A stretch of DNA of 64,000 nucleotides from Candidatus Dojkabacteria bacterium (GCA_030950485.1 JAUZRK010000013.1:9893-73892); one strand, 5' to 3'; positions 10,835 through 21,703 are shown, numbered from the stretch's first letter. Numbers and translations are program-made. The notes: generated by a model from the letters alone, not told the origin.

Positions 10835-11834
10835 TCAACAACAATACGATCCAAATTACGATGTCTTAAATGAAGATCAACTTCAAGCGGAAGTGTATCG
10901 TAACTGTGATGAAATGCTTGAGAATATAGCTAAATTAAAAGAAGCTAAACTTCGTGGAGACTCAGATACAGCTAGTCTTATTTTTAGTTTAGAAGGATAT
11001 TCTAAAATTCTAGTAGATATAACCAAGGAGATGGTCTCTAGAATTAATCGAGAAAGGTTTTCAAGTGATGACATTAGTGATATTGTACATGAATATACTG
11101 CTTCACTTTCTTCACTAAGACTAATTCCGTATCGATTAAGTAAACTTCCAGAACAAGGAAAGATAGATCATTTAGATCTATTAGATCTAGCTGAAAAATA
11201 TATTGCAATTTTACAAGATTCTTTCATTGTAGGTAATTTAAACTACTTAACTTCGGAAGATAATACTGAGAAATTAGATATTAGAAGTATTTTTTTTCGA
11301 AGAGCAAGAGGTCTGGTATCTGTATTTGGGATCGATCCAAAAGTAGAAGCACTTGAAATCTCAAAATTACGAATCAACCCTTTTCATTTGTCTATCTCTT
11401 TATCTACAATCCTTGAAAATATCCATAAGGCTGATGGAACAGTGGTAAGTTTGAAAATATTGGATAGGATAGATCTTGCTTATAATTTAATTGCTATGGC
11501 TATTGAAAAAAAACAATTAGATTTAAAATATTTAAGTAAATTTGTAGATAATTCAGGGAGTGATTATATTATTTTAGCTTTAAGTGATGATGGGAAAGGA
11601 GTCCCTAAATATGGTGAATTTGGTTATCTAAATCCAGAATCTTCTACTTCTGGCACTGGCTTTTACAGGATTAATAGATATGATGGAGTAGTTGGATTTG
11701 TCTTAAATACAGCGGATTGTAACGGAGTAGAAGGCACTACTGGGGCAACAACTTTCCTAGTTTTAGAAACATTAAATAATAAGAAATCAAGAGGAGGCCA
11801 ATCTCCTACAGCGGTTCTACTTCCTGAGAACTAG
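10824..11834 (+). CDS. GHKL (HATPase_c-like) ATPase domain protein, paralog of 7103..8053
   Basis: Starts MGD like the paralog; LIAMAIEKK, LSDDGKGVP, SGTGF boxes; 11-nt overlap with apbE stop suggests operon. Confidence 0.5.
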   Translation: MGDNQQQYDPNYDVLNEDQLQAEVYRNCDEMLENIAKLKEAKLRGDSDTASLIFSLEGYSKILVDITKEMVSRINRERFSSDDISDIVHEYTASLSSLRLIPYRLSKLPEQGKIDHLDLLDLAEKYIAILQDSFIVGNLNYLTSEDNTEKLDIRSIFFRRARGLVSVFGIDPKVEALEISKLRINPFHLSISLSTILENIHKADGTVVSLKILDRIDLAYNLIAMAIEKKQLDLKYLSKFVDNSGSDYIILALSDDGKGVPKYGEFGYLNPESSTSGTGFYRINRYDGVVGFVLNTADCNGVEGTTGATTFLVLETLNNKKSRGGQSPTAVLLPEN

Positions 11835-12318
11835 TTTTATTTTGACTAAGTAAATATCCAAAAATAAATTCAATTAAAATTGCCAAAGCCAGAATACCTA
11901 GGAGAGTATTTCTATCAACTCCATTTAAATTTAAAAACAAGATAGATATAAAGGTAGTACTTATGATTAATGACCTCCTAGCTGCTACAAAATATTTTGG
12001 CTCCTCAAAGAATTTTTTAAAGAAAAGTTTATCTAATGCTATATGAATAGAGATAATATAAAAGAATATTGCAATTGTAAGTGATAATCCTCCAAGATAT
12101 AGATTATTAGTGGCATAGTTTAATACTTCTTTTTCTTCAATTAATAAATCTATTTCTTCATTTAAAGAATCAAAATCATCTTCTTCAATACCTTTATCGA
12201 TAGCAAGTTGTTGTATTTTATCAATATCAAAAGGTGGAAAGTTTGTAAAAATGTATTTGGTAAAAAGACTAAATACCATTGCCAAAATTATTGTTATAAA
12301 GAAAATTCTAAAGGTCAA
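11806..12318 (-). CDS. hypothetical membrane protein
   Basis: 170-aa ORF with 4 predicted TM helices. Confidence 0.4.
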   Translation of the reverse strand: MTFRIFFITIILAMVFSLFTKYIFTNFPPFDIDKIQQLAIDKGIEEDDFDSLNEEIDLLIEEKEVLNYATNNLYLGGLSLTIAIFFYIISIHIALDKLFFKKFFEEPKYFVAARRSLIISTTFISILFLNLNGVDRNTLLGILALAILIEFIFGYLLSQNKTSSQEVEPL

Positions 12319-12468
12319 AAGATAAGATTTAAGATTTAATATTGAAGACTATTGTAAATCAGACAGTTCATAAGTCAATTCCATTAATTTCACTAAATTT
12401 TCAAAACTTACTTTTTATGTCATTTTCTTTGATATACTTTCTATTATACATAAATTGATAAAAATAAA

Positions 12469-13116
12469 ATGAGTGAAGATAATAATCATGAGGAAAAAGG
12501 ATCTGGTATAGGTTGTAGAACGATTGCACTCGGTGGTTGTTTAATAATACTAGCAGCAATTGGTATTTTAATATTTTTACTAGTTACTAGAACTAATATA
12601 ATACTTGGTACTGTTATTGATTTTCTTAATAAAGATTTAGAAACTACATCAATTAGTTCTGAAAATACCTCATACGATATTTTGGCTGATGTATACTCCC
12701 AAATAGACGAAGAACTTGAAATACAATCTTTAGAATTTAGCGAAGAAGAGATTACAATTTTGGCTAGAGAAAGTTTTGAAGATTTAGAAGATTTAACTAT
12801 AGACATTGAAAGCAATAAAATCACCTTATTTTGGAAAGCCTATAGTAGAGTAGAAGATCACCCTGTACTTGGAGTTGTTACTCTAAATAAGGAAAGCGAT
12901 AATATAGAAATTGATCATTTTGGAACTGCTAGAATCGGGTTCCCAAAAATAGTAAATAAATTTGTTACAAGTCGAGTAAGTAATTTTATCGAACAAGGGG
13001 AAAATGATAGTGTAAATGACTTTTTCTTAACAATACTAAATTTGAAAAACAGATTTGAGATTAAAGATATTGAATTAAGTGATGACAAAATATTAATTAA
13101 TTTAACTCCTTCGTAA
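12469..13116 (+). CDS. hypothetical membrane-anchored protein
   Basis: N-terminal TM helix (IALGGCLIILAAIGILIFLLV). Confidence 0.4.
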   Translation: MSEDNNHEEKGSGIGCRTIALGGCLIILAAIGILIFLLVTRTNIILGTVIDFLNKDLETTSISSENTSYDILADVYSQIDEELEIQSLEFSEEEITILARESFEDLEDLTIDIESNKITLFWKAYSRVEDHPVLGVVTLNKESDNIEIDHFGTARIGFPKIVNKFVTSRVSNFIEQGENDSVNDFFLTILNLKNRFEIKDIELSDDKILINLTPS

Positions 13117-13117
13117 A

Positions 13118-14041
13118 ATGCTTAAAGTTTACTGCGGTGATGATACATTCGAAAGTTATTATGCTTCTAAAAGTGAAGCTAAAAATATTGCGGATAAAAA
13201 AAACTTGAATGTAAAAATTATAAACTGTGATGAGCTTAAAAATATAGACTCGTTTCTATCAGAGGTAGAGACTATTGGAATGTTTTCTGAGGAGTCAGTA
13301 ATTTTTGCTAAAAGATTCTTAGGAAATAAAAAACTTTCTGAATATCTGGAAACTAATATTGAGAAGTTATCTAGATATGAAATAATAATCTGGCATGATA
13401 AAAAGCCTGACGGTAGATTAAAGATTTTTAAAAAATTAAAACAAGAAAAATTATTGTTTGAATATAAAGAAGCTAAAGAATATGATTTAAAGTCTTGGGT
13501 AATCACTATTACTAATGAACAGGAAATTAGATTAAGTGATTATCAGATTAGTTATTTAATCGAAAGTTTAGATTTAAATAAATGGTTAATTAAAAGTGAG
13601 TTAAAAAAAGTTGAAATTTTTTTAGAAAATCAGGGCCGAAATACTTTATTAGATGATGAATTAGAAAAATTATTAGGTTTTGATATAAAAGGGAATATAT
13701 GGAAATTCTTAGATTACTTTGGAAATAGAAATAGAATTAAACTAATTCAGGAATACATTAAACTTGTATCATTTGAAAGAAATACCCAAATGATAATAGC
13801 TATGATATCAAGAGAAATTGATATCTTACTTCAATTGTCTTATGCTTCTGAGAATAATATTAATACAAAAGAACTTGGACTACATCCCTTTGTTGTTAAT
13901 AAATCTAAGTCTAAATTAAGAAATTTTTCAAAAAGTGATTTAGCTATATTGAATCGCAAACTATTTGACTTAGACTTTGCAGTAAAAACAGGTAAAATAG
14001 ATGAAGAAGTAGGAATGAGTTTGTATTTAGTGAATGTGTAA
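13118..14041 (+). CDS. holA: putative DNA polymerase III delta subunit
   Basis: N-terminus MLKVYCGDDTFESYY resembles HolA N-domain (iYllyGdD.fl); size ~300 aa; weak. Confidence 0.4.
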   Translation: MLKVYCGDDTFESYYASKSEAKNIADKKNLNVKIINCDELKNIDSFLSEVETIGMFSEESVIFAKRFLGNKKLSEYLETNIEKLSRYEIIIWHDKKPDGRLKIFKKLKQEKLLFEYKEAKEYDLKSWVITITNEQEIRLSDYQISYLIESLDLNKWLIKSELKKVEIFLENQGRNTLLDDELEKLLGFDIKGNIWKFLDYFGNRNRIKLIQEYIKLVSFERNTQMIIAMISREIDILLQLSYASENNINTKELGLHPFVVNKSKSKLRNFSKSDLAILNRKLFDLDFAVKTGKIDEEVGMSLYLVNV

Positions 14042-14180
14042 AAAAATTGAATTAAAAGCACAGAGGTAAAGTCTTTAATGACTTTGTATTATTAACTTTA
14101 GCAAATAAACCGTAACTAATAGTAATTTATTGTAATTAAGACAATCAGTTACTATAAATTACTACAAATTACCTTAGTAC

Positions 14181-15389
14181 ATGAAAAAACCTATATTTAC
14201 AGTATTAACTTTTCTTTTAGTAAGCACACTATTTATCTCAATAGTTTCAGCCCTACGTCTTAATACTAGTAATGATTTAAATATTGATTCTACAATTATA
14301 AAAGATGATCAGAATTTTGGGCTACCTACAAGAATAATTATTACTCCAATTTATCTTCCTTCTAGTGATTCTAATGTTAGAGAAGATGATTGGTTTAGAG
14401 GATTGTTTTACTATACGATTGATGTTCTAGGTTTTAATGATATACCTTACCACTATGTAGTTTCAAAAACTGGAACTGTTTATTCTGGTAACACGGGAGG
14501 TTATGAAAGAGAGTTGAGCATAAATGGAGTTGGAAGCGATATGATTTTAATTGGATATATGTCCGATAAATTTGCTAGCCAAATAGATAATAGGGCTAAA
14601 GATGATCTAGTCGAGCTATTAACAAAAGTAGCTAGTGAAAATAATATTGATCCTACAAATATTCAAATAAAAGGTACTAAATTTCAGAGAAATGAACAGA
14701 ATAAAACAGTTGTTATGGTTGAAGATGATTTGTTCGGGTTATGGAATATAAGTCTTTTAGATATTATTGAAGGAGTTCAAAAAAATTATAATCCTGTAGT
14801 GAAAATTTATTCTGTAAATGTAGATAGCGTATCAGTTCCTGAAAATAATCTAGCTCCTGGTAGTGAGATAATTATTCCTATAACAATTACTAATACTAGC
14901 GATTTTGGTATTTATTCAGGTACAGATGCAGAGATGCTTTTATCAAGAGTTAATGGGGAGAATAGCAATTACTTCATTAATAATGTTTGGTTAAGTCAAA
15001 GTCAGATGAGTTTAATGAGTGATGGTGATGTATTACAAACATTTGATACTGGAGAATTTTCTGTAAAAATTAAAACTCCTCTGATTGTAGGAGAGTATTC
15101 AGAAACTTTTGAAATTAGAAATATAAATGGAGATTTAATTAGTGATGATTCAATTGAGCTAAAGGTTAATATTGTTGCTTCAGATAGAGAAATAGTTGAG
15201 ATTCTTACAACTGAAACTGGAACTCTAAATGTAAGAGATATTCCATCTAGCGTTGGAGATACTATAAATCAAGTTTCTGAAGGAGAACGATTCTTTAAGA
15301 CTGATGATGCTGGGAATGGTTGGATAGAGGTTGAATTAGAGGATGGAACTAGAGGTTGGATAGCTGGTTGGTATACTAGAACTATTTAG
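14181..15389 (+). CDS. secreted protein with Amidase_2/PGRP-like region and C-terminal bacterial SH3 domain
   Basis: Signal peptide; IPYHYVVSKTGTVYSGN amidase_2-like motif; C-term GTLNVRD...GERFFKTDDAGNGWIEVELEDGTRGWIAGWY SH3b-like. Confidence 0.45.
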   Translation: MKKPIFTVLTFLLVSTLFISIVSALRLNTSNDLNIDSTIIKDDQNFGLPTRIIITPIYLPSSDSNVREDDWFRGLFYYTIDVLGFNDIPYHYVVSKTGTVYSGNTGGYERELSINGVGSDMILIGYMSDKFASQIDNRAKDDLVELLTKVASENNIDPTNIQIKGTKFQRNEQNKTVVMVEDDLFGLWNISLLDIIEGVQKNYNPVVKIYSVNVDSVSVPENNLAPGSEIIIPITITNTSDFGIYSGTDAEMLLSRVNGENSNYFINNVWLSQSQMSLMSDGDVLQTFDTGEFSVKIKTPLIVGEYSETFEIRNINGDLISDDSIELKVNIVASDREIVEILTTETGTLNVRDIPSSVGDTINQVSEGERFFKTDDAGNGWIEVELEDGTRGWIAGWYTRTI

Positions 15390-15509
15390 TATTGAGTCTT
15401 TGGAGTATTTCTTCTAGCTTATTAGCTTGTAACATTTTTTAAGATTTGTTACAGAATATTTTTCAAGCTATAATCCTTCTGATAACTTTATCGTAAAAGC
15501 GTAACTACT

Positions 15510-16787
15510 GTGATTAATAAGAATTTAAATAGAGATAAATACGAACTTCTTACAATTCAAAAAAAACTTTCAAAAAGAGGTTTTCTAAAAAATGGTACAC
15601 CTTTAAGTTCAGAATGGAGAAAAAATAATCTTGGAGGTTTCTCAGAAAGAGTAGTACTAGGGAGTATTGGAGTAGAAAAATTATCATTAGATAGAAATGT
15701 TATTGTAGCTGGTGGATGGTGTGTACTAACATTAAATGACTCAAAGCTATTCAGTAACGGTATAATTATAAATAGTTTAAATCAAAATGAACCCATAACT
15801 TCTGTTGAACAAGTTGCACAATGGCTTCAAACTCATATTCCATTAAGACAGATAGTTGAATCTATTGGTATATACAACGGTAATAAATATCTTATTATTT
15901 CCGAAGCGCATCTTTGGACTAAAAAAATTATTCGTTCTTTAGAAAGATTATTTAATAGAGAATTATCAGCTATTGAAAAAAAAGCTATAGAAGAATCAGT
16001 GGAAAAAGGAGATAAAAAAAGAGAAAGAATAACTAAAAATTACATAAATCTAATATCAAATTCAGTTAATAATGAATTAGTTATTATTAAAGACATAGAT
16101 ATTCTAGAGCGACTCACACAGGAAAGAGACAATATGTTAGAAGAAATTGGTATAACTATAGAAGAACTTGCTTTGCCTATAAGTAAAAGACAAGAATCTT
16201 TATCCGGTAAAGAGATGGTTCATGAATACATTAATGATTATTCGAAAATATGGGTATTATATACAGATAAGTATTTAGAAATTCTAAAAGAGATAGGTGT
16301 AGTTGGTAATGAGACGGTTTTAATTTATGAACCATGGCAACACTTTCGACTAGATGAAAATGAAAGTGGGAAGATCTTTTTAGATAAGCTCCCTATATCT
16401 AAAGAAGTAAGGAAACCAGAGGATAACTCTTCAATAGGTTATATAGCCTATGATTTTAACTTTAATCAAAGTATTGAACCTTCATTAAATAATCTAGAAC
16501 TATTTATTTCTAAATTAAAAGAGGAGGCTAATACTTTGCAATTGGATATTCACAATAGTCTTATTTTCGAAACTGCTTTAAATTTCTTTCCTTTGGTAAA
16601 AATCAATAATTATTTAAATACTATTATTGAAGAGAAAAATAATTTTTATGTTAAAAGAGAATCACTAAAAGAGGATATATCTGAATTCAATAGGATAAAA
16701 AGTATTACCCTGAAGAGAATTAGAGAAACAGCAGAACTGCTAGTTAAAGAATTAGTAATTAACTTAGAACTGGTTTTACTAGATTAG
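15510..16787 (+). CDS. hypothetical protein
   Basis: 425-aa ORF, coiled-coil rich. Confidence 0.45.
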   Translation: MINKNLNRDKYELLTIQKKLSKRGFLKNGTPLSSEWRKNNLGGFSERVVLGSIGVEKLSLDRNVIVAGGWCVLTLNDSKLFSNGIIINSLNQNEPITSVEQVAQWLQTHIPLRQIVESIGIYNGNKYLIISEAHLWTKKIIRSLERLFNRELSAIEKKAIEESVEKGDKKRERITKNYINLISNSVNNELVIIKDIDILERLTQERDNMLEEIGITIEELALPISKRQESLSGKEMVHEYINDYSKIWVLYTDKYLEILKEIGVVGNETVLIYEPWQHFRLDENESGKIFLDKLPISKEVRKPEDNSSIGYIAYDFNFNQSIEPSLNNLELFISKLKEEANTLQLDIHNSLIFETALNFFPLVKINNYLNTIIEEKNNFYVKRESLKEDISEFNRIKSITLKRIRETAELLVKELVINLELVLLD

Positions 16788-17549
16788 TTTCCATAGAGTA
16801 TTATGAATTGCCTTTAATCCTTCTGCCATTAATTTTGACTCGATTACAACGCCTATAGTCTCATTAACTTCTAATTGTATTAAGGCAACAGTTTGGTCAT
16901 AGATTAAAAAATCTATACCAGCGAAAGGTAAATCGCCTAGTATAAACTTACAATAATATCTACTATCATTTGCATACTTTGAAAAGTTTTCCCTAGCAAA
17001 GGGAGTATCTTTGGCAATATCCCATACCTTTCGAGTTAGATTTTTATCCAATGCTTTATTTAGTAGCTTACCACCATCTGGATATACAGTAAAAAATTTA
17101 TCTATATTTACAAAAGAATAAACTTCTTTAGCTTTTGTAGAGTCTAAGTAGATTGACATTACATTTTTCTTACCTTGATAGTATTTAACCTTAGTTTGTA
17201 TATTTTTATCAAAACTAGGGACTGGTTGAGTTGTCATCTCTACTAAGTCCGAAAAAGTATTGTCTATTTACTTAATCTCTTTTCGATTATTTTCTATATT
17301 AGCTAGTTTATCTGCAATAATTACTTTAAGTTTATTAGGTGGTTCTGGGGCTATCTTTTTAGTTTTGCCATGTATTGCATAGGTAACCATTCCCATTTCA
17401 AGCAATTTTCCAATATTTTCGTGAACAGTTGTTCTAGGTATTCCTGTTCTTTTAGCTATATCTGTTATTGATATTAAACCAGAGTCTAATAAACTTATGT
17501 AAATAGTAGCTTCTATCTCTGAAATATATAATTTAGAAAGTAACTCCAA
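16779..17549 (-). pseudogene. TrmB-family transcriptional regulator split by a single in-frame TAA (17265..17267)
   Basis: 17268..17549 = N-terminal wHTH; 16779..17237 = TrmB C-terminal domain; both in same frame, separated only by TAA; aligns colinearly with intact paralog 57504..58178. Confidence 0.55.
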
Positions 17550-17579
17550 TACAGAGTTATCAATAGTAATTTTTTTGAG

Positions 17580-17599
17580 TTATCGCTCATTCCCGATAA
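17580..17599. promoter_or_regulatory. inverted repeat TTATCG-N8-CGATAA upstream of TrmB-like gene (candidate operator)
   Basis: Perfect 6-bp arms 31-50 nt upstream of start at 17549. Confidence 0.3.
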
Positions 17600-17767
17600 A
17601 TATATAATATCTGATTATACTATAGATAAAGAAATTTAGTAGTAGTTTATATTTTATACATTAGTAGATATCACATATAGACCGATAATAAGAAGTTACT
17701 GTATCATTTATCTACAGACACAATAAGAATAATTTAACTTTAATTATGTCGTCAACTTTCGATAACT

Positions 17768-18076
17768 ATGATAACAATAAAAATTAATTACAAAGAAATA
17801 ATGGGTTATGACTATAAATGGTCAGAGATTAAACTTAACGCAATCTGGAATGAAATTTATAATGAACTTACAGATGATGTTAAGGAAATATTTAAAGACA
17901 TAATGAAATATCAAGACGTTCCATACGAATTTGATATTCATCCAAATTTTAAAATAGAAGAGGAGAGAGTAATTCCCTATAGATTTAAACTAAAAGCTTA
18001 CTTTAATAGTAAGGTTAATACATTAGTTGAGAATCAGCTAAATAAATACGTAATTTTAACTGATTGGACAAACTAA
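17768..18076 (+). CDS. hypothetical small protein
   Basis: 102-aa ORF. Confidence 0.35.
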   Translation: MITIKINYKEIMGYDYKWSEIKLNAIWNEIYNELTDDVKEIFKDIMKYQDVPYEFDIHPNFKIEEERVIPYRFKLKAYFNSKVNTLVENQLNKYVILTDWTN

Positions 18077-19341
18077 AGATCCAATACCTCTTTAATTCTA
18101 AGGGCTAGTTCGCTAGCTCTTTTTTTATCTATATTTATACTAGTAGGTAAATTTAAAACTAGATTAGTTTTCTTTACTGTTACTTCAGTAGTAGCTGGAA
18201 CATAACAAAGTTTTTTATACGTTTTCTCATCAACACCAGCACCATATAAAGGGGAAGAGAACCAGTTACCTAAAGTAACTCTTAAACTTCTTGAAAGATT
18301 CCAAACTTTCAACCAATCTTCCCTAGAGTTTAATAAAATTGGATATCGAAGATAAACTCTGTCGTTATCAAATTCTGAAGAATCAGAAATAGAAATTAAT
18401 TGATCATTATAAATTTTTGCAATTTCACTTCGATGAGAATTATAAAAATCTAATTTTTTTAATTGTAGAATGCCTAATCTTGATAAAGCAGGAGACATTT
18501 TTGCAGGAAACCAATCAGGTTTTAAAGCATGATTTTCTTTTTCCTCAACCATAATTCCTAAGAAGCCTAACTTTCTCCAAATTCCACGAATCATTGCACC
18601 GACTGTAAATCTACCTATACCAACAGAGTGCAAGGGTATAGCAAAAAACCAGAAAATTGGGTTTAGTAGAGAAATAATAACTCTTTTTATTGGAAAATCA
18701 TTATATGATTCAATCACTTTTTCAATGGAATCATGAAAAGCCTTATCATTTGTAAAAATCATTCCACCTCTAACCGTAGACATTACTTTTTCAATACCAA
18801 ATGTAGAGAAAGCAATATCTCCCTGAGGATTTATATCTCTATGAATATCATGTGCGAAATCCTCAATGATAAATAGTTTTCGGTTATAATTTTTAATCGA
18901 ATCCCTTATACCTTTTATATCAACTCTTTTTCCAAAAGTATGTTGTACAACTATGGCTTTTGTTTTATTAGTTATTTTTGAATCTAGAGAAGAGTAGTCT
19001 GCATTAAAATCTACTTTATTCGTATCTAAATAAATTGGAGTTGCCCCGCTCCAGCTAACAGCGTTTGCAACAACGACACATGTAAAACTAGGCATAATAA
19101 CTTCATCCCCCTCTTTTAAATCCAATGCTTTTAGAATTGTAAGAAGCGCTGTTCTTCCTGAATCTACTAATGAAATATTATCTACTTTTATATATTTAGA
19201 AAGATCTTCTTTAAATTTTTCATTGAATTTATTTTTTCGATATAAAAATGGATTTAATAATACCCTTAATGAAAGCAGAGCATCATTAAACTGTGTATTT
19301 GGAGATGCGGCTGTAAAAATACTTTTTCTAAATCTTCCCAT
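18073..19341 (-). CDS. DegT/DnrJ/EryC1/StrS family PLP-dependent sugar aminotransferase
   Basis: DSGRTALLTILKALDLKEGDEVIMPSFTCVVVANAV...ATPIYLD, fold type I PLP motif block. Confidence 0.8.
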   Translation of the reverse strand: MGRFRKSIFTAASPNTQFNDALLSLRVLLNPFLYRKNKFNEKFKEDLSKYIKVDNISLVDSGRTALLTILKALDLKEGDEVIMPSFTCVVVANAVSWSGATPIYLDTNKVDFNADYSSLDSKITNKTKAIVVQHTFGKRVDIKGIRDSIKNYNRKLFIIEDFAHDIHRDINPQGDIAFSTFGIEKVMSTVRGGMIFTNDKAFHDSIEKVIESYNDFPIKRVIISLLNPIFWFFAIPLHSVGIGRFTVGAMIRGIWRKLGFLGIMVEEKENHALKPDWFPAKMSPALSRLGILQLKKLDFYNSHRSEIAKIYNDQLISISDSSEFDNDRVYLRYPILLNSREDWLKVWNLSRSLRVTLGNWFSSPLYGAGVDEKTYKKLCYVPATTEVTVKKTNLVLNLPTSINIDKKRASELALRIKEVLDL

Positions 19342-19390
19342 TTTATATCTACTTTTAAATTAATCTCTAAATATTTATTGAATCACTATT

Positions 19391-20347
19391 TTAAACTACC
19401 TTTTTTATAATCTTAAATTTATTTCTCAATTTCTCACCTAATTTCAAAATAGTATATTGAGCCTGATTAATTACTAAATCATATGAATCATTATATTTAA
19501 CTTGCCTTCCTCCAAACTGCATTTTAAATGAGCCAAAACCATCTAGTACTTGTCCATTCTTATCAGTTTCAATTCCCATCCAATCAAAGTGTTTATAATT
19601 ATTTTCCTTTGCCCATTTTATAACTTCCCACGCCTGTAAGTATGTTGGCTTCAATTTGCTATGTATTAAAAGTGAGCCTCCGTACGGATAGTATAATACT
19701 CCTTCACAACCTAATAAAAACCAAGAAACAATAATTTCATCTCCAACATAAGCTGTCGCTATTTTTACTTCTGTTTCTTCGGATTCTTTAAATATCTTCC
19801 AAACAGTACGAATGTAAGACTCATTTCGACCATAATAACTATGTCTACTTTTTGTTTCTAAAAAAATCTTTATAAATTTATTAAATGCTTCGTCAGAATC
19901 TTCAAACTTAATCTCAACGTTATTTTTAGCTGCATATCTTATATTGTATTTTACTTTTCTACCTATATCATTTAAAAGATCCTCTTCACTTTTTTCTAGA
20001 TCTATTAATACATTATCTTGAAGACGAACTGCTTTAGTTTTTTTTAAGTGATATTTTTCAGATTTTAGTTGCTCTGAATTTAAATTATTACTGTCGATTG
20101 TTACAAAAACACAACCTACTTTTTTTGCCTCATTAAATAAACTATCTAAATCTAGAGTAGAGTAGTCAACCGGAGGTAAATAGCCGACCTTACTTTTTAT
20201 AACAGGAACCGTAGTAGTTTGAAACCAACCTCCATTGAAAGAAAAAGTTTCGTTTCCAACCGATTCTTTAAGATCTCGCCACTGTTGTGACTGTTGAAAA
20301 TGGATATTAGTTTGTAGTTTTTGGTTTTTAGTTTCTTGTAAAGACAT
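19391..20347 (-). CDS. FemAB-family peptidoglycan aminoacyl/peptidyl transferase
   Basis: C-terminal HFDWMGIE...GFGSFKMQFGG block typical of FemABX. Confidence 0.7.
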   Translation of the reverse strand: MSLQETKNQKLQTNIHFQQSQQWRDLKESVGNETFSFNGGWFQTTTVPVIKSKVGYLPPVDYSTLDLDSLFNEAKKVGCVFVTIDSNNLNSEQLKSEKYHLKKTKAVRLQDNVLIDLEKSEEDLLNDIGRKVKYNIRYAAKNNVEIKFEDSDEAFNKFIKIFLETKSRHSYYGRNESYIRTVWKIFKESEETEVKIATAYVGDEIIVSWFLLGCEGVLYYPYGGSLLIHSKLKPTYLQAWEVIKWAKENNYKHFDWMGIETDKNGQVLDGFGSFKMQFGGRQVKYNDSYDLVINQAQYTILKLGEKLRNKFKIIKKVV

Positions 20348-20612
20348 AAATACAGGTAATTCTACTTTATTAATTTTGAGTAATATTTTATAAACCCATT
20401 CAATAGTTTTTTATATTCTGTAACATCTCTGAACATGTTTCAGAGTTAACAATAAAAAAAATTTCACACTTTCCTTATCTCGATACACCATACTTCGCAA
20501 AGCCTTCGTATGGCACTCGATACTGCACGCTCAAACCCCAAACGCTAGATCATTTTCTTTATCAATCTTATCCACCAGCATCATTGAACAATTTCAACAT
20601 ACATGCATAATG

Positions 20613-20633
20613 TTCTTACTTCTTACTTCTTAA
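20613..20633. repeat. 3 tandem copies of 7-bp unit TTCTTAC (rotation of TTACTTC)
   Basis: Direct reading; abuts stop codon of the upstream FemAB gene, in promoter region of 19391..20347. Confidence 0.8.
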
Positions 20634-21667
20634 TACCTCTCCTTCTTATAACTAAAATAATCAGAAACTCTATTAATCAAACCCTTTAATCCTGGAGCGA
20701 ATTCATAAGCTCCAACATAAGATACTAGCTCTCCTGGAAACTTTTTCTTAAACATAGATAGTCCGTACATATTATGTGACTTTGAAACATTATCTGGTAG
20801 GACTCCCCAGAAGTTATACTTATTAATATCCTTAGATCTCATATCTTTAATTATCTCCCAATGTAGTAGATAAGGGGAACTTAATTTCATTAATTCGTAA
20901 TCAGATGTCGATGCTCCGTGAGAGTAGTTCGCTGTATCTTTATAATGGTTTATTAAAGCTCCTGAGATAGCCTTATCTTCAAACTTAGCTAGATAGATAG
21001 AACATAACCCTTTTGAACTTAATTCATTCCATTGATCGATGTAGTACTCCGAATTATAATTTCCAAAACCTTTTCTTAAAGTCGTCTCTTTCATTAATTC
21101 TCCAAATTCAGCTACCTTATCTTTATTCGAAGCTTTTACTATTTTAATACCATTTTTCTCAGCTCTTCTAATATAATATCTAGTATCTTTTTTTATTTTC
21201 ATAAATAACTCTTCCTCTTCTCCAGAAATATCCATGACCCAAGTATCAATTGCTTGTGCAGGAGATAAAGATTTTTTATATTCTAATTTCTCCAGCAATG
21301 GTCTCTTCGATACATCTAGTAATGGATCGAATCTAAACAAATTTAGACTATTCTTTTTAATGTATTCATTACAAAATCTTTTAAATGATTTATAAAAGTC
21401 TTCTAAATCTTCATCTACTAAATCTAATACTGGCGAATAAGCAGAGTAGGCATATTTTGCTATTTTTCTTCTAAAAATTTCTATTGGTAATAATCCTACT
21501 ATTCGTTCATTTAAGTAAACGAGATAGAGATCTATATTTGCTCCTCGTTTCTTTTTAAAATTCAGCCAGTGAATTGAAGATAAAAATGATGAATTTTTAA
21601 CATTTAAGTTTAATTTTTCCCAATCCTCTAAAAGAGCATCTGAATATTTTTCGATTCTAAATTTCAT
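20630..21667 (-). CDS. FemAB-family peptidoglycan aminoacyl/peptidyl transferase (second copy)
   Basis: FWGVLPDN...MYGLSMFKKKFPGE; ORF-track N-terminus (MTYYLLLITYYLLL) is translation of the heptamer repeat, so start reassigned to ATG at 21667. Confidence 0.65.
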   Translation of the reverse strand: MKFRIEKYSDALLEDWEKLNLNVKNSSFLSSIHWLNFKKKRGANIDLYLVYLNERIVGLLPIEIFRRKIAKYAYSAYSPVLDLVDEDLEDFYKSFKRFCNEYIKKNSLNLFRFDPLLDVSKRPLLEKLEYKKSLSPAQAIDTWVMDISGEEEELFMKIKKDTRYYIRRAEKNGIKIVKASNKDKVAEFGELMKETTLRKGFGNYNSEYYIDQWNELSSKGLCSIYLAKFEDKAISGALINHYKDTANYSHGASTSDYELMKLSSPYLLHWEIIKDMRSKDINKYNFWGVLPDNVSKSHNMYGLSMFKKKFPGELVSYVGAYEFAPGLKGLINRVSDYFSYKKERY

Positions 21668-21703
21668 AAAGTCATTATAACGTAGAAAAGAAGTAGATTT
21701 AAG

